64,000 nucleotides of DNA from Nitrosopumilaceae archaeon (GTDB lineage: Archaea; Thermoproteota; Nitrososphaeria; Nitrososphaerales; Nitrosopumilaceae). Shown piece after piece: positions 1-10,909 of this stretch (positions within the stretch are counted from its first letter, which is position 1; the number at the start of each line of letters is the position of its first letter). The notes beneath the pieces are model-generated. The model had not been told where the DNA came from, searched no databases, and saw nothing but the letters and a program-made list of their open reading frames with translations. The stretch is taken from positions 1,792,001-1,856,000 of the forward strand of contig CBDCCK010000002.1 of the NCBI GenBank assembly GCA_965214835.1, written 5' to 3'. A program made the position numbers and the translations under genes.

Positions 1-234
1 TGGAAAAAATGCAGGGGGGAGGAGAAATCCCTGGTTCAGGGTCTGATACTGCTTGCCGTCTCATTTGCACACTGTCAAAAAGACGACGACCTGATAGGGC
101 TGAACATGCTGACCCGTGCGGAGGAAAAAATCGGCGATTACTCTGGCAGCTATCATGGAATCGACATTGACAGAGTCAAGGACAAGATAGCCGAGATGAA
201 GGAAGGCCGCCGGCTGGTCAGGTTCGATGTCTGA
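1..234 (+). CDS. 3' end of probable DUF309 domain protein (partial)
   Basis: Frame +1 reads WKKCRGEEKSLVQGLILLAVSFAH...RFDV* (TGA 232-234); the W...QGLIxxAV pattern resembles DUF309. Confidence 0.6.
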   Translation, partial: WKKCRGEEKSLVQGLILLAVSFAHCQKDDDLIGLNMLTRAEEKIGDYSGSYHGIDIDRVKDKIAEMKEGRRLVRFDV

Positions 235-1489
235 TCAGGTCAATTGCAGTCTGGACTACCTGCGCCCCCTCTAGCAGGCCTATGCTGCCCCTTCTTGCTT
301 CTGCCTCGGTGACCCGCACCGTACCGTCGTTTTTGACCATGTCCCCTGAAACGAGCACCGGAACGGGATCGTCGCTGTGTCCCTTGTTGATGCACGGAGT
401 GGAGTGATCTGCAGATATCACGACTGCCACCCTGCCGGGGTCGATGTTGTCTAGCAGCGTCCCGAAGAACCTCCTGTCGATCTCCTCGATGTTCTCCTTT
501 TTGCCTACCGCATCCCCGTCGTGCCCGAACTCGTCTGGGCCCTTTAAGTGCACATAAATCGCATTCTGCGTCTCCATTGCCTTTGCTGCCACCCTTGCCT
601 TCTCCTCATAGTCCGTCAGGCCCCCCGCCTCAAAGGCCTTCATTTGCAGTACCTGGGATATTCCCAGCTCCACCGGCATGTCCACGATGCACGAAAAGTT
701 CATCGCGTACTTTTCGTTGATGGGCATCACGTCGGGATATCTGTTGCCTGCGTCCCTGAGCAGGATGCAGCTTAGCAGCTTCTTGGACTCTTTGGCGCGT
801 TTTTCGTTAATACTGCTTTCCCTCATGATCTTGATTGACTGCTCGTTGAACTCGTTTACCACCGATGCCGTAAGCCTGGCACCGTCGTCCTCCTGCAGCG
901 GCAGGCACTTTTCAACCGTTAGATAGTCCCCGACGGCCTTTGCGACCCCCATTCCACCGATGTTGCTGTATGCCGGATCCGTGTTGGTAATCTCCGATGA
1001 GAGCTCGTCTCCCTCCGATCTGATTCTGACGGTCACCCTGTGCCCTATGGTGGGGGCAACAACCACCGATGTATCTGGATGTGAGAACTTGATCTTGTCT
1101 TCGATTTCCCTTGCAATCCCGTCTGCATCATGCCTTTCTATGTGCCTTCCCGCCCGCCTGTCTACAATCGCGCCACTGTCATCCAGGGTGGCATAGTTTC
1201 CGCGCAAGGCCAGATCCCCGTTCTTAAAGTCGACCCCAACCCCGATTGCCTCAATGACGCCCCTTCCTACATAGTTCGCATGTGCAAACTTGTATCCTAG
1301 CATGTTGAAGACTGCGATGTCTGACTCTGGGGCGATTCCCCTACCAACAGAGACTACCTCCCCCTGCGCCCCGTTTCTTGCAAGCCTGTCCATGACTGGC
1401 GTGTCTGCTGCCTCCAGAGGGGTTCTGCCCCCCAGATCCGGGTGTGGCAGGTCGCCGACCCCGTCTAGCAGTACGTAAATCATGTGCAT
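218..1489 (-). CDS. apgM: 2,3-bisphosphoglycerate-independent phosphoglycerate mutase (archaeal type)
   Basis: LLDGVGD, TPLEAADTP, APESD, DRRAGR, HLKGPDEFGHDG, SADHSTP, GHSDDPVP metalloenzyme motifs. Confidence 0.95.
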   Translation of the reverse strand: MHMIYVLLDGVGDLPHPDLGGRTPLEAADTPVMDRLARNGAQGEVVSVGRGIAPESDIAVFNMLGYKFAHANYVGRGVIEAIGVGVDFKNGDLALRGNYATLDDSGAIVDRRAGRHIERHDADGIAREIEDKIKFSHPDTSVVVAPTIGHRVTVRIRSEGDELSSEITNTDPAYSNIGGMGVAKAVGDYLTVEKCLPLQEDDGARLTASVVNEFNEQSIKIMRESSINEKRAKESKKLLSCILLRDAGNRYPDVMPINEKYAMNFSCIVDMPVELGISQVLQMKAFEAGGLTDYEEKARVAAKAMETQNAIYVHLKGPDEFGHDGDAVGKKENIEEIDRRFFGTLLDNIDPGRVAVVISADHSTPCINKGHSDDPVPVLVSGDMVKNDGTVRVTEAEARRGSIGLLEGAQVVQTAIDLIRHRT

Positions 1490-1668
1490 GCTGGAGTTGT
1501 CCGGAACTTTGATCCCCTCGGTGTTTTTTCAGCGGCAGGCACTTTAAGTCTTCATCTGCGTGGTTATGTCCGGCAGTGCCCGCGCACGGGGCCGCTTTGA
1601 AAACCAGCCTGCCGCTGAGAACCAGGATCTGCGGTACAGTGTATGCAGTTGAAAATGGATCATTTTTT

Positions 1669-1800
1669 TGTATGAGGTCGCCTGCCCCTGGATTGTTTTG
1701 GCCACCTCAGCCATGATGGATTTGTCCTACATCCTCCACGTCGACGTGCATGTGTTGAGTACGAGGTCACCTATGTTTTGACAACCTGCTTGACATAGTA
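1669..1800. mobile_element. Adjacent remnants of IS66-like right and left ends
   Basis: gtatgaggtcgcctgcccctggattgttttggccacc resembles the end at 32104; gtacgaggtcaccta...ttttgacaacctgctt resembles the end at 36347. Confidence 0.6.
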
Positions 1801-1920
1801 GACATATAAAAAAATGGAATTATTTTGACAATAATTTTTGGCCAAAAAGATCAAAGATCAGTCATATCGTACTCGGATGTATGAAAGAACAAAAAAGAAG
1901 GAGCCATGTCAGAAAGGAGT

Positions 1921-1998
1921 AGACCTTGTGCGTAATCGATTAAAACCAAAAAAAAACCAGGCAGCTTTTGCGTCATTTTTGGCAATTACGCAAAGTCT
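1921..1998. mobile_element. MITE family A (TIR agactttgcgtaatcg, 3-bp ANT TSD)
   Basis: Imperfect TIRs, AGT duplicated at 1918-1920 and 1999-2001; related copies at 26180, 31573, 50208. Confidence 0.65.
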
Positions 1999-2226
1999 AG
2001 TCCGATTTTTTGCCAAATACGTGGCGTGCCGACCTCCAAGAGGCATGCAAAAAAGAGACAGGCAACAGCAGAAAAAAAGACAGGCTGCATGCAGCGAAGG
2101 GACGGCCTGCCGTAGCATCACCTAAAAACCGAATATTCTTGTGTCAAAATAGGCAGTCTATGGGAAATTTTTTGGACAACCCTGATGTCACGCACGGCTT
2201 ATTAACCCAGCCCGAGTAATCCTGCC

Positions 2227-3312
2227 ATGCGGCTGCTCTTTGTCACAACAGGCCCAGACTTTGCGCCGGGCTTGCACTCAAAATGGACACTGCAGGGCAC
2301 GCTCATAAAAAGCCTAGAGAAACGAGGCATTGAGTGCAAGAGGGTCATACGCGAGGAATATCTGGGAAACATCATCGCGAGGCTTCCGGTTCTGAACACG
2401 TCAAAGAAAAGGCGTTTTGAGCGGCGGCTTGACGAGTTAAAACCGGACGTCGTAGTACTTGACATTCCAAACGATCTTGGGACAGCTGCTGCCAGCAAAA
2501 AAATACCGGTGTTGGTGTATTTCTGGGACATTTGGTCGCACCTAGAAATGGCAAGGGAAGGCAGGATGGTTTATCGCAGCATGTATTTTGCTGCACGGGC
2601 ACGTATAATGAATCCCTGCCTGAAAAAGGCCGTGGCCATACTTGCCGAGACCGACTCCATAGCCGATACCATAAGGGAGCACTATCCCCAGAGTAGTGTG
2701 GTGACGTTCCCGTATTCGAGCATAGACACGGACTTTTGGAGGGATGACGGAGGCGAGGACGTCATGGCACTGAGACATCCGTGCGTGGGCCTGCTACAGC
2801 ATGCCAATGCGTGGTTCAAGGCAAAGGAGATGCTCACCCTGCCCAAGGTCGTCGAGGCGCTCCCGCATGTGACGTTTTACTGGGCAGGCGACGGGCGGTA
2901 CCGCGACAGGATACTGGGGCCGCTGGCCGGATACGACAACTTTGAGTGGCTGGGGCCGCTGGAGGATCCCGCTAGGATTAGGGACTACCTCTCCTCGATT
3001 GACATCTATGGCCTTGCTAGCGGCATAGACATGTCGCCGTACTCGTTAAAGCAGGCCATGTCAATGGAAAAACCTGCCATTGCAACGGATGTCGGCGGCG
3101 TCTCAGAGACGATGCGGGATGGGGTGACGGGGTTTCTTGTAATGCGTGGGGATCATAGGGGGTGGATAGAGAGGATCATGCTGCTGCTGGGCGACGCAGA
3201 AAGGGCGCGGGACATGGGCAAGCAGGGACGCAGACTCGTGCGGGGCAGTTGGGATAACGTCGTGGCCGCCGAAAAGTTCGTCAAGATCGTCAAGGAAATC
3301 GGGCCAAAGTGA
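2227..3312 (+). CDS. Glycosyltransferase family 4 (GT-B)
   Basis: C-terminal QAMSMEKPAIATDVGGVSETMRDGVTGFLV motif; paralog at 63337. Confidence 0.9.
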   Translation: MRLLFVTTGPDFAPGLHSKWTLQGTLIKSLEKRGIECKRVIREEYLGNIIARLPVLNTSKKRRFERRLDELKPDVVVLDIPNDLGTAAASKKIPVLVYFWDIWSHLEMAREGRMVYRSMYFAARARIMNPCLKKAVAILAETDSIADTIREHYPQSSVVTFPYSSIDTDFWRDDGGEDVMALRHPCVGLLQHANAWFKAKEMLTLPKVVEALPHVTFYWAGDGRYRDRILGPLAGYDNFEWLGPLEDPARIRDYLSSIDIYGLASGIDMSPYSLKQAMSMEKPAIATDVGGVSETMRDGVTGFLVMRGDHRGWIERIMLLLGDAERARDMGKQGRRLVRGSWDNVVAAEKFVKIVKEIGPK

Positions 3313-3490
3313 CGGAGACGTAGCATGTGCAGTCTATCATACGAAAATTAGTTCCGCCTAAGATCAGGCGTACTTAAGGATTATTTCAGACTGTACCGAT
3401 CAAAAAATGTGAGGAAAAGACTGGAGGAAAAGTCGCTCAGGTACATAGAAAGGCAGAGGAAAAAGGGCCTGTCCATTGGGCCAAACCATA

Positions 3491-3617
3491 GGTGTTGCAT
3501 AATTCCACCCACCTGACTCAATCCGTATGTTTTTCTGAATTTCCACCCTTTTGCACACCTGATCCAGATGAATTCTCGGTGGTTTTCAGGAATTCTGGCG
3601 AATTAGGCGACAATCCA
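3491..3617. mobile_element. Degenerate MITE family B (GGGGTTGTCGCCTAATT ends)
   Basis: aattaggcgacaa end and internal similarity to 14076-14204. Confidence 0.65.
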
Positions 3618-3808
3618 GCCCGTACCAAGCCGAAGACTCTGACGCACTTGGCGTTCTCCGGGATCTTTGCAAATATCTCTCTTACCTCGCTGTCCTTGTT
3701 GCTGATTCTTGTGTTGCTCAGCACCTTGCCGTCCTTGTCCCTCACCGCGACCTGGATGGACTCCTTGTGCACGTCCAGACCGACATACTGCTGCACCGCC
3801 TTTTTCAT
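3618..3808 (-). pseudogene. IS110 family recombinase N-terminal fragment
   Basis: YVGLDVHKESIQVAV RuvC-like DEDD N-terminus, truncated by MITE B. Confidence 0.75.
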
Positions 3809-3936
3809 GTGTCTCCTCTTTTTTACAGTAGTCTGTTTGTTTGTACTGCCGTTTATATTGGCACCATCTGAATTTCGTTTTCGAGACACATATGGTTACA
3901 CACATCAGAAATTGCAACATAATTTTGACATATCGT

Positions 3937-5304
3937 CAGTAGTTGAAAATGTACCCCCTTTTTAAGTGTCTGAATGTTTTGAACAAGTTGACATGATTTT
4001 TTCACCAATCGAGCTATAAACAGCGGTGTTCCTGTCTACCTTGATAATGAACCAAACCCAACAGAAACACCACACAAGGTACGGTGAGGCCGGATTTAAA
4101 TTCTTGGTTACCGCAGTAGGCATGCTGAAAATCAAGTTCTCCTCAAGACACAACGCCATGTGGGGCCTGGAAGACGCCTCCCGCCTGATTGCATCCATGT
4201 CGGAGCGTTCCGCATGTGCGCACTATACCGCCCAAAAGCTTGCACTTCTTGCATCAGAAGGCGCCGGGGCCGCGGTGCCCAGCTCGGCCTGGCTTCTTGC
4301 AAAGCTGGGGCACACAAGACTGTCCACGATGGAGAAAAGGTGCGATGCAATGCTGCATTACACGGCCGCCGAGGCGGTGGGCAGGCAGCTTTGCTCCCTC
4401 CAAAGGAGCCACAAGGCGCCTGTCCTTGCCATAGACGAGACCAAGCTGCCCAGATACGACAAGAAAACCGACATAAAGCACCTGGTAAAGTCAAAGCGCG
4501 ACAGGGGCACCATCAACTATGAGCAGTACATGACATGCAAGCTGACATCCAAGGCCGGCGCCGACGTGCATACGGCCTGCCGCATGGTGACCGAGGGCGA
4601 CAAACAGGCCGATCTGGTGCGTAATATGCTCAAAAAATGCGCCGATCTGGGCATTACGCCCAGGCTCGGGTCAAGGCGCAGCATCATCCTGCTTGACAGG
4701 GGGTTCTTTTCGGTCGATGTAATGGATGCCATATCCGAACCCGGGTTTGCATTCATCATGCCCGCAGTCAAGACGCCGGGGATAAAGAGGGCCATAGTGC
4801 AGCGCGCCCGCGGCAAGAGAAAGGCAGTATCAAGGTATACCATGAGGTCGTCAGACGGCAAAGAGTTCACGTTCACGCTGGTCATCAAGAAGATCCCAAG
4901 GTCCAAGGCAAAGAACGTCTTTGACAGATACCACGTGTTTGCGACCACGGTGCGCTGCTGCAGCTATCGGCAGCTGTTCTGCCATGTGACAAGAGAGTAC
5001 CGGAACAGGTGGGGCATAGAGACCGGATACCGCTGTGCCAAGAGCGTCAGGCCGCGGACCGTCAGCAGGAATCCTGTCCTGCGTGTGCTTTTGTTTTACA
5101 TGTCGCTTGCAGTATGCAACATATGGCTGACAATGAGGGACTCGGGAGACCCAAAGACCCGCGTCATGGCGCTGCTGACTCTGATGTATGCCGTGGTCCT
5201 GTATTCGTGCTGCCTCCGTGCGCCGGATGCCGACAGGATCGGGGTGGGGCGACGGCGGCATGATCCCGGCTAGACGGATTTATGGGGTACATTTTCAACT
5301 ACTG
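3937..5304 (+). mobile_element. Complete ISH3-like (IS4 clan) insertion sequence
   Basis: Perfect 21-bp TIR cagtagttgaaaatgtacccc (3937-3957 / 5284-5304); 5-bp TSD ATCGT. Confidence 0.9.
4026..5273 (+). CDS. ISH3-like DDE transposase
   Basis: LAIDET, LLDRGFFS, YRNRWGIETGYR motifs. Confidence 0.9.
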   Translation: MFLSTLIMNQTQQKHHTRYGEAGFKFLVTAVGMLKIKFSSRHNAMWGLEDASRLIASMSERSACAHYTAQKLALLASEGAGAAVPSSAWLLAKLGHTRLSTMEKRCDAMLHYTAAEAVGRQLCSLQRSHKAPVLAIDETKLPRYDKKTDIKHLVKSKRDRGTINYEQYMTCKLTSKAGADVHTACRMVTEGDKQADLVRNMLKKCADLGITPRLGSRRSIILLDRGFFSVDVMDAISEPGFAFIMPAVKTPGIKRAIVQRARGKRKAVSRYTMRSSDGKEFTFTLVIKKIPRSKAKNVFDRYHVFATTVRCCSYRQLFCHVTREYRNRWGIETGYRCAKSVRPRTVSRNPVLRVLLFYMSLAVCNIWLTMRDSGDPKTRVMALLTLMYAVVLYSCCLRAPDADRIGVGRRRHDPG

Positions 5305-5348
5305 ATCGTGCCTATTTCGATAAGAAAATATCTCATTTTCAACTGTGC

Positions 5349-6490
5349 GTAGTATCTAGCTGAGATAACCACCCATCTCGCAGATCTTGATCTCGCCCCT
5401 GTGCAACATGACGCGTATGGACTTTTGCATCTCGCCGACGGTCTGATACAGGCGGTTTGCAGTCGCCTTTTTGAACCCGCGCCACTGCCCCTCTATCTTG
5501 TTCAGCTCCAGCATGTACGGCGGCAGGAACTTTGGCACCACATCACCATTCCATTCTGCCAGCTGCTCCCTGACCAGTGCGGCCCTGTGATACGATTCGT
5601 TGTCGACAAACAGCAGCACCCTGCCGTACTTGCGGCGCAGCACCTTGAGAAACCTGATGAACGTGTACTTGGCCTTTTTGTAAAAGCGGCAGTCAAGTCC
5701 GTTTGCCGACAGGGCCCCGATCGAATAGAACTCCTCCTTTGACAGGTTGGACGGCGTGTAGACCAAGCCTTCCCACGGGGTACCAGCTGTTCTTGACGCT
5801 CCACCCAAGGATGAACGAGGCCTCGTCCCCTATCATTACCGTGTGCCCCCTCTTTGAATGGTACCTTACGTACCACCTAGCTTTTTTTTTTGAGTTCCTC
5901 TTTCTCGGATTCTGAGGCTGATTTTGGGTGCTTTGGGCGGGGGGCTTTCTGCATGAAAAGCCCAGGCATGTGCAGTATCTTGTATACGCTGGAGACGGCA
6001 TAGTCTACCTTGTATTTCTTTTTGATGTGCGCTGCAAGCAGCGGTGCGGTCCACACCTCCGACTCTAATCCGCAGCTGCGCGGGCCCGCAACCAGGTCGG
6101 CGTGTACCTGCTTGAGCTGCCCTGCATTCAGCCACATCTTGGTGCCGGGCCTCTTGATGTCGTACCTTCCCTGTATGCCAAGCTGCATGGCCCGTATCAG
6201 CCAGTCGCGTATCGTAGAGTACCCCCGGCCGAGATGCTCGGCTATCTGGCGTATCGAGTCGCCTTTTTTGCGCCGTATGTAGGCCATCAACCTGGCTGCG
6301 GCCTTGGAGTCGGTCTCATTTTTGTACCTCTCAAGGAGGGACGGGACCGAGACGTTGGGAAGAAACTTGCCCCCTGTTGGTATCATTGAGTCGTCTGGTT
6401 TCATGCGTATTGTTTCACTGTGTCGTATCTAGGTATTTTGGTGAAAATTTCTTGTCCTTTTTGTGATTGGTTACTACACATAGTTACTAC
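5349..6490 (-). mobile_element. IS630 family element, frameshifted transposase
   Basis: HTH ORF 5877-6404, GDEASF, and DDE_3 ORF 5356-5808 (FVDN..YH, FLPPY..ELNKIE); close copy at 45539-46681. Confidence 0.85.
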
Positions 6491-6494
6491 GCCA

Positions 6495-6884
6495 CAGCAT
6501 TCAAGGGCAATGCTGAGGCTCATCTTCTGGTGACAGATCTGTACGGCATTCATCCTTTGCTCAGCTCCATTGTTTTTTTTAAAGCATCACAGGCAACTGC
6601 ATACTCGCCTATGATGCGTTTGAGATCCTAGTTCTCTTTTTGCAGGACAGATACTGCCTTGTCATTCCGGCCCAGGATGGATGCCTTGCCGCCCTCGACG
6701 AATCTGTCCATCCACCTGCCAAACGTGGTGGGCGCGATGTTGTGCTTGCGGCACAGCTCGGCAGTGCTGATGTTGGTCTTGATGGACTCCATCACTATGT
6801 CTGTTTTTTCATGCCCCGTATGCCCTCCTGTCATATACAAATTCTACGCATTTGGGCGGTTCGAATTTTATGGGGTCCTCACCA
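6495..6884 (-). pseudogene. IS3-like element remnant (orfA HTH)
   Basis: IVMESIKTNISTAELCRKHNI...DLKRIIGEYAVA with internal stop; end tggtgaggacccc similar to the end near 25740. Confidence 0.65.
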
Positions 6885-6956
6885 GGAGCGAAGAAAATAG
6901 ATTGCATAGAACAAGCAAAACGTGCTGAAAAATCCTACAAAAAACGGAAAACTCGG

Positions 6957-7115
6957 CAGAGTGCTGATTCGAAATTAGCAGGTTTGGATCATGCATAAAC
7001 GAACTTGCATCGATTAAAACAATGCCTACAAGTGACGAGTTGCCTGCATGTGAAATTGGCAAATGTACAGAAAAATCCCGGCATTTGCAGTTTCTAGTTT
7101 CGGATCACCCCTCTG
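6957..7115. mobile_element. MITE family C (TIR cagagagttgattcgaaattag)
   Basis: Imperfect TIRs; relatives at 51894-52036 and 62747-63016. Confidence 0.6.
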
Positions 7116-7722
7116 GACAAAGTCATGCGAATACTGCCTCATCGAACACCTGGCTTGGCCTGTCGCTGCCTCTGGCGCCAATCCAGGTCAGCAAGTGATC
7201 CTTATGGGCAGCCTGTCTTGCTGGACAAGCCTGGCAATTATTGTATTGAGGGTGCCTGCCTTCATGCCACACCTCAATGCGCAAAACAGCTGGCCTCGCG
7301 AGTCAAACTCTGTGTGCTTTCTGAGCAAGTCTTCAACACGTATCTGACTTGGCAATCTGGGATTGTTTTTCTTGGCCAGCCTCAAAACCAACCTTCTCAT
7401 CTGTGACTGATCCTTCTTGATCATGGTGGCAAGAAGCTTGTCGCCCTGTTCTTTGGGCACAGTCTTTGAATGCGCTACTTGCACATGCTGGCATACACCA
7501 ATTGGTATATAATGATGCGACATGCTACATTGGTAAGATTTCCTCTTAAAATAACCGGATACTTTGTTATGCTGATCGTGGGTTAAAAGCTGTAAAAGTA
7601 GCGCCCCATCATATCATGATATTTTGCATGCCCCATCCCGGCTTTTCTTTTTTGCATGCCCCCCGACTTTCAAAAATCGCGCCTACGTAAACGTTTTAAC
7701 GCACAAAACTTGCAAAAAACGC

Positions 7723-8739
7723 ATGGGAGATATGAGAAAGGACTATGTTTCTGAGCGGTTTATGATTGTAAGCCCGACAGGTCCGATCATCAGGGACGCA
7801 AAAAAATCCCCATATCTGCCCGGAAACGAGTCCCTGACGAATCCTTCCGTCCTCTCCCTGGTGGCAAAGGACGGCATGCTGCAGCGCCTGCAGGACGGCG
7901 AGGGCGAGCATGTGGAGGGCTGGTCGATCCGCGTCTTTGAGTCAAAAAATCCCGTAGTCTCCATCGAGACCGAGAACACCTACAGTGAAAGGCCGCATTA
8001 CAGCGAGCCTGCATACGGCTACCACTATATCGTCGTGGCCTCGCCAAGCCAAAAGGACAACTTTGCAACCCTGGACGCAGAGCAGTGGTCCAACATCCTC
8101 GTGGTGGTCCAGGACAGGCTGCGGTGGCTGTACACCCAAAAGGGGGTCAAGTATGTCTCGATCTACGCAGATCACGGGCAGCCTGCCGGAAATCTCAACC
8201 CACACCCACACCTCAACGTAGTCACGTTTTCCATGATCCCCCCTGTAATCGAGGAGGAGGCAGAGGCGTCGCACAGGATCCTCAATGAAAGGGGGGTGTG
8301 CTCGATGTGCCAGACCGTCAGCGAGGAGATCGGGGGTCCCAGGCAAATCCTTCAGACCGAGGGATTCGTCGCATTCTCTCCCTGGTCACCCTCGTACCCA
8401 TACGAGTTTTGGATATCGCCAAAAAAGCACACCACCAGCTTTTCAAAGATAACCCAGAAGGAGATAAACGACCTCTCGCTGATCCTTCGCGCCACCCTGG
8501 GCGGACTCTCAAAGACCATCAAAAACGTATCATACAGCCTAGTCTTCCATCTCTCCCCCGAGAAGAAGAACAGCCGGCAGATACACTGGCACATCGAGAT
8601 CTATCCAATCACAAAGCCCTGGTCGGGCCTGGAGCGCGGATACAGGATCTTCCTAAACGACGTCTCACCGGAGGAGGCCGCCGAAAAGCTGGGGGTCTCG
8701 TGCAGGCGGGAACTTGCGGGCCTGGTGGGAATAGTCTAG
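7723..8739 (+). CDS. galT: Galactose-1-phosphate uridylyltransferase (GalT/HIT family)
   Basis: MRKDY N-terminus, HPH nucleophile motif, CSMC, HWHIEIYP, GLERG; start placed at ATG 7723. Confidence 0.85.
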   Translation: MGDMRKDYVSERFMIVSPTGPIIRDAKKSPYLPGNESLTNPSVLSLVAKDGMLQRLQDGEGEHVEGWSIRVFESKNPVVSIETENTYSERPHYSEPAYGYHYIVVASPSQKDNFATLDAEQWSNILVVVQDRLRWLYTQKGVKYVSIYADHGQPAGNLNPHPHLNVVTFSMIPPVIEEEAEASHRILNERGVCSMCQTVSEEIGGPRQILQTEGFVAFSPWSPSYPYEFWISPKKHTTSFSKITQKEINDLSLILRATLGGLSKTIKNVSYSLVFHLSPEKKNSRQIHWHIEIYPITKPWSGLERGYRIFLNDVSPEEAAEKLGVSCRRELAGLVGIV

Positions 8740-8861
8740 GCAGGGGCCTGTCCACTTTGGGGGATGCGGCGCGGGGGACATGCGGTGATCAGGGCCCGGG
8801 CCGGCAGTGCCGCATAGGGGCAGACTCCTGCCGCCCGGAGCCTGCGAGCGTTTATTAGATC

Positions 8862-9551
8862 ATGGCGCAGCGGCATTACGTGGAATACGAGATCGTCAAA
8901 AACCCGATGGGGCTGGTAGAGTTCACGCTGGACCGGGGGGAAAGCGTCACCGCAGAGGCCGCGGCAATGGTGTTCACAAGGGGGAACATCAGGACCGAGA
9001 CTAGGATGAGGAGGGGAGGATTCCTCAAGTCGCTCAAGGCGGCGGCGCTGGGCGGAGAGTCGTTTTTTGTCAACGAGTTCATCGCCGAGGAGGACGGCTG
9101 CAGGCTCGGGCTTACCGGAAACATGCTGGGCGACATCGAGGCCATCGACGTCAGCGAGGAGCTCATCGTCCAGTCGGGCTCCTTTGTGTGCTCTACTGCG
9201 GATCTGACGCTGGATACAAAGTGGCAGGGGTTCACAAAGGGGATCTTTGGCAGCAACCTGTTCATGCTAAAGACCCTTGGTACAGGCAGGATGTTTGTCA
9301 ACGCGTGGGGCGGAATCCTGAGAAAGGAGCTGCAGTCAGGTGAAAGGATGTATCTGGACAACTATCAACTGGTCGCGCTGAGCTCCACCGCTGGGTACAG
9401 GATCACAAAGCACGGACGCCTCAAGACGACCCTGTTTGGCGGCGAGGCACTGGTAATCGAGATCACGGGTCCGGGGACGGTATACCTTCAGACCAAGAAT
9501 ATCATGGAGTTTGCAAGGGCGCTGATTCCGTTCCTGCCAAAGAGGCACTAG
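8862..9551 (+). CDS. TIGR00266 / AIM24 family protein
   Basis: L.RGESVTAEAAAMV, GGESFFVNEF, GPGTVYLQT motifs. Confidence 0.9.
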   Translation: MAQRHYVEYEIVKNPMGLVEFTLDRGESVTAEAAAMVFTRGNIRTETRMRRGGFLKSLKAAALGGESFFVNEFIAEEDGCRLGLTGNMLGDIEAIDVSEELIVQSGSFVCSTADLTLDTKWQGFTKGIFGSNLFMLKTLGTGRMFVNAWGGILRKELQSGERMYLDNYQLVALSSTAGYRITKHGRLKTTLFGGEALVIEITGPGTVYLQTKNIMEFARALIPFLPKRH

Positions 9552-9659
9552 CATCCGAGATCGGCCCCACCGGCAGTTTCTGCCACGAAGAGTGATTCAC
9601 AATTAAAAACCATGCGGGCACCCCTGTACTGGGATCGGCATCCTGTGGCATTGTATTTT

Positions 9660-9950
9660 TTTGGATCCGGCCTCGTCTGTGACGACTGCTGCTGGCACCT
9701 GCCCGGTGTCTGCGTCGATCATCAGGTGCAGCCTGACGAGTACGCGTCTTGCCTGCCATTTCTTGTATGTATGTTCGCCCCGGCTGTGCTGCTTGAGGCC
9801 AGTGGCATCTGTTGTCATGACCAGGCCACTGGATTTGTCGCGCACAGTGGTGTTGTTGTATGATATGTCGGCGAAGCTGCCGTATCCTGCATGTCGTGGT
9901 GTGACACGGCAAGCAACTGCCCCGAGCATTTCCCTGACCATGTCCGACAG
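9660..9950 (-). pseudogene. IS5 family (IS903-like) transposase fragment
   Basis: DATGLKQHSRGE...RRVLVRLHLMIDADTGQV. Confidence 0.65.
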
Positions 9951-10051
9951 TCGTGGCCTTGCTGCATGTCCACCACCCGCATCTCCGGGCGGGGGCAGGC
10001 CCCACATGATCCTAGCTCATGGTTTATTTAGAAACCACATGATTCCAGATC

Positions 10052-10477
10052 ATGGCAGTCGAAAGGTACATCGCAGCTGCAAGCCTCGGGCTTTATGTCA
10101 TGTTTGCAGGCGAGATAATCACAGTCTACAGCTTTATGATCGATCCTGCCACCGAAATGTTCGAGCCCGAGCCGAAGCTGCTGCAGTTCATCTCAATCGG
10201 CGTCGCGCCTGCCGTAATCATGACCGGCGTCGCGTATATCATGTCGCGCCGCTACGGCTCTAGGCCCATAGGGGCGATGATTTTCTCAGGCGGGATTGTC
10301 ATGCTGGCTGGCATGGCCTATACGTATGCCATAGCAGACCAGATCCAGGACGAGTTCAAGCTGGACTCTGTAATGATGGTGCCTCCTGTGTTCATGGCAG
10401 TCTCGGTCCCCGTCATGGTCTTTGGGGCCCTGCTGTTCAGGGTCAGGAGGCGGCGCCCCAGAAAGGACTATCTCTGA
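10052..10477 (+). CDS. Conserved hypothetical membrane protein (about 4 TM)
   Basis: Four hydrophobic segments and basic C-terminal tail; TATA-like ttattta upstream. Confidence 0.75.
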   Translation: MAVERYIAAASLGLYVMFAGEIITVYSFMIDPATEMFEPEPKLLQFISIGVAPAVIMTGVAYIMSRRYGSRPIGAMIFSGGIVMLAGMAYTYAIADQIQDEFKLDSVMMVPPVFMAVSVPVMVFGALLFRVRRRRPRKDYL

Positions 10478-10908
10478 TGATCAAACCTCATCCCGTTTGA
10501 CGTCCTGGAGAATCCCAGGCTTTCATAGAATCCTAGGACGCCATCAAGGCAGTCAAGGATCGTCTTGTAGCACCCACGGTTCCGGGCATAGTCCAGTGCG
10601 AACTCTACCAGACTTTTGCCTATGCCCTTGCCCTGCATCCTGTCTGCCACTACCACGTCCTCGATGTGTCCCACCCTGCCTCCTCCGTGGATGAACTTTT
10701 GCTCGATTAGAAGCGTGATGGAGCCCACAATCCTGCCGTCCATCTCTGCTACGAAGATCCTGTGGTTCTGGTCTGAGAGTATGGATGAGAGGATCCCCCG
10801 TGCCTTCCCCGGATCCAGATCGCTTGCCCTTCTGAGGGAGTCCAGCGACTCTAGGAACCCGTTTTGCAGATCCGCCTCCCTAATCTCCCTGATTATGACA
10901 TCTGGCAT
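10468..10908 (-). CDS. GNAT acetyltransferase, glucosamine-phosphate N-acetyltransferase-like
   Basis: IEQKFIH, GHIEDVVV, QGKGIG, GCYKTILDC, FYE. Confidence 0.9.
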   Translation of the reverse strand: MPDVIIREIREADLQNGFLESLDSLRRASDLDPGKARGILSSILSDQNHRIFVAEMDGRIVGSITLLIEQKFIHGGGRVGHIEDVVVADRMQGKGIGKSLVEFALDYARNRGCYKTILDCLDGVLGFYESLGFSRTSNGMRFDHQR

Positions 10909-10909
10909 G

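Noticed and set aside
7116-7523. ORF 7188-7523 and flanks
   Set aside because: Coding-like but frameshifted and bounded by MITE C; no family could be assigned with confidence.
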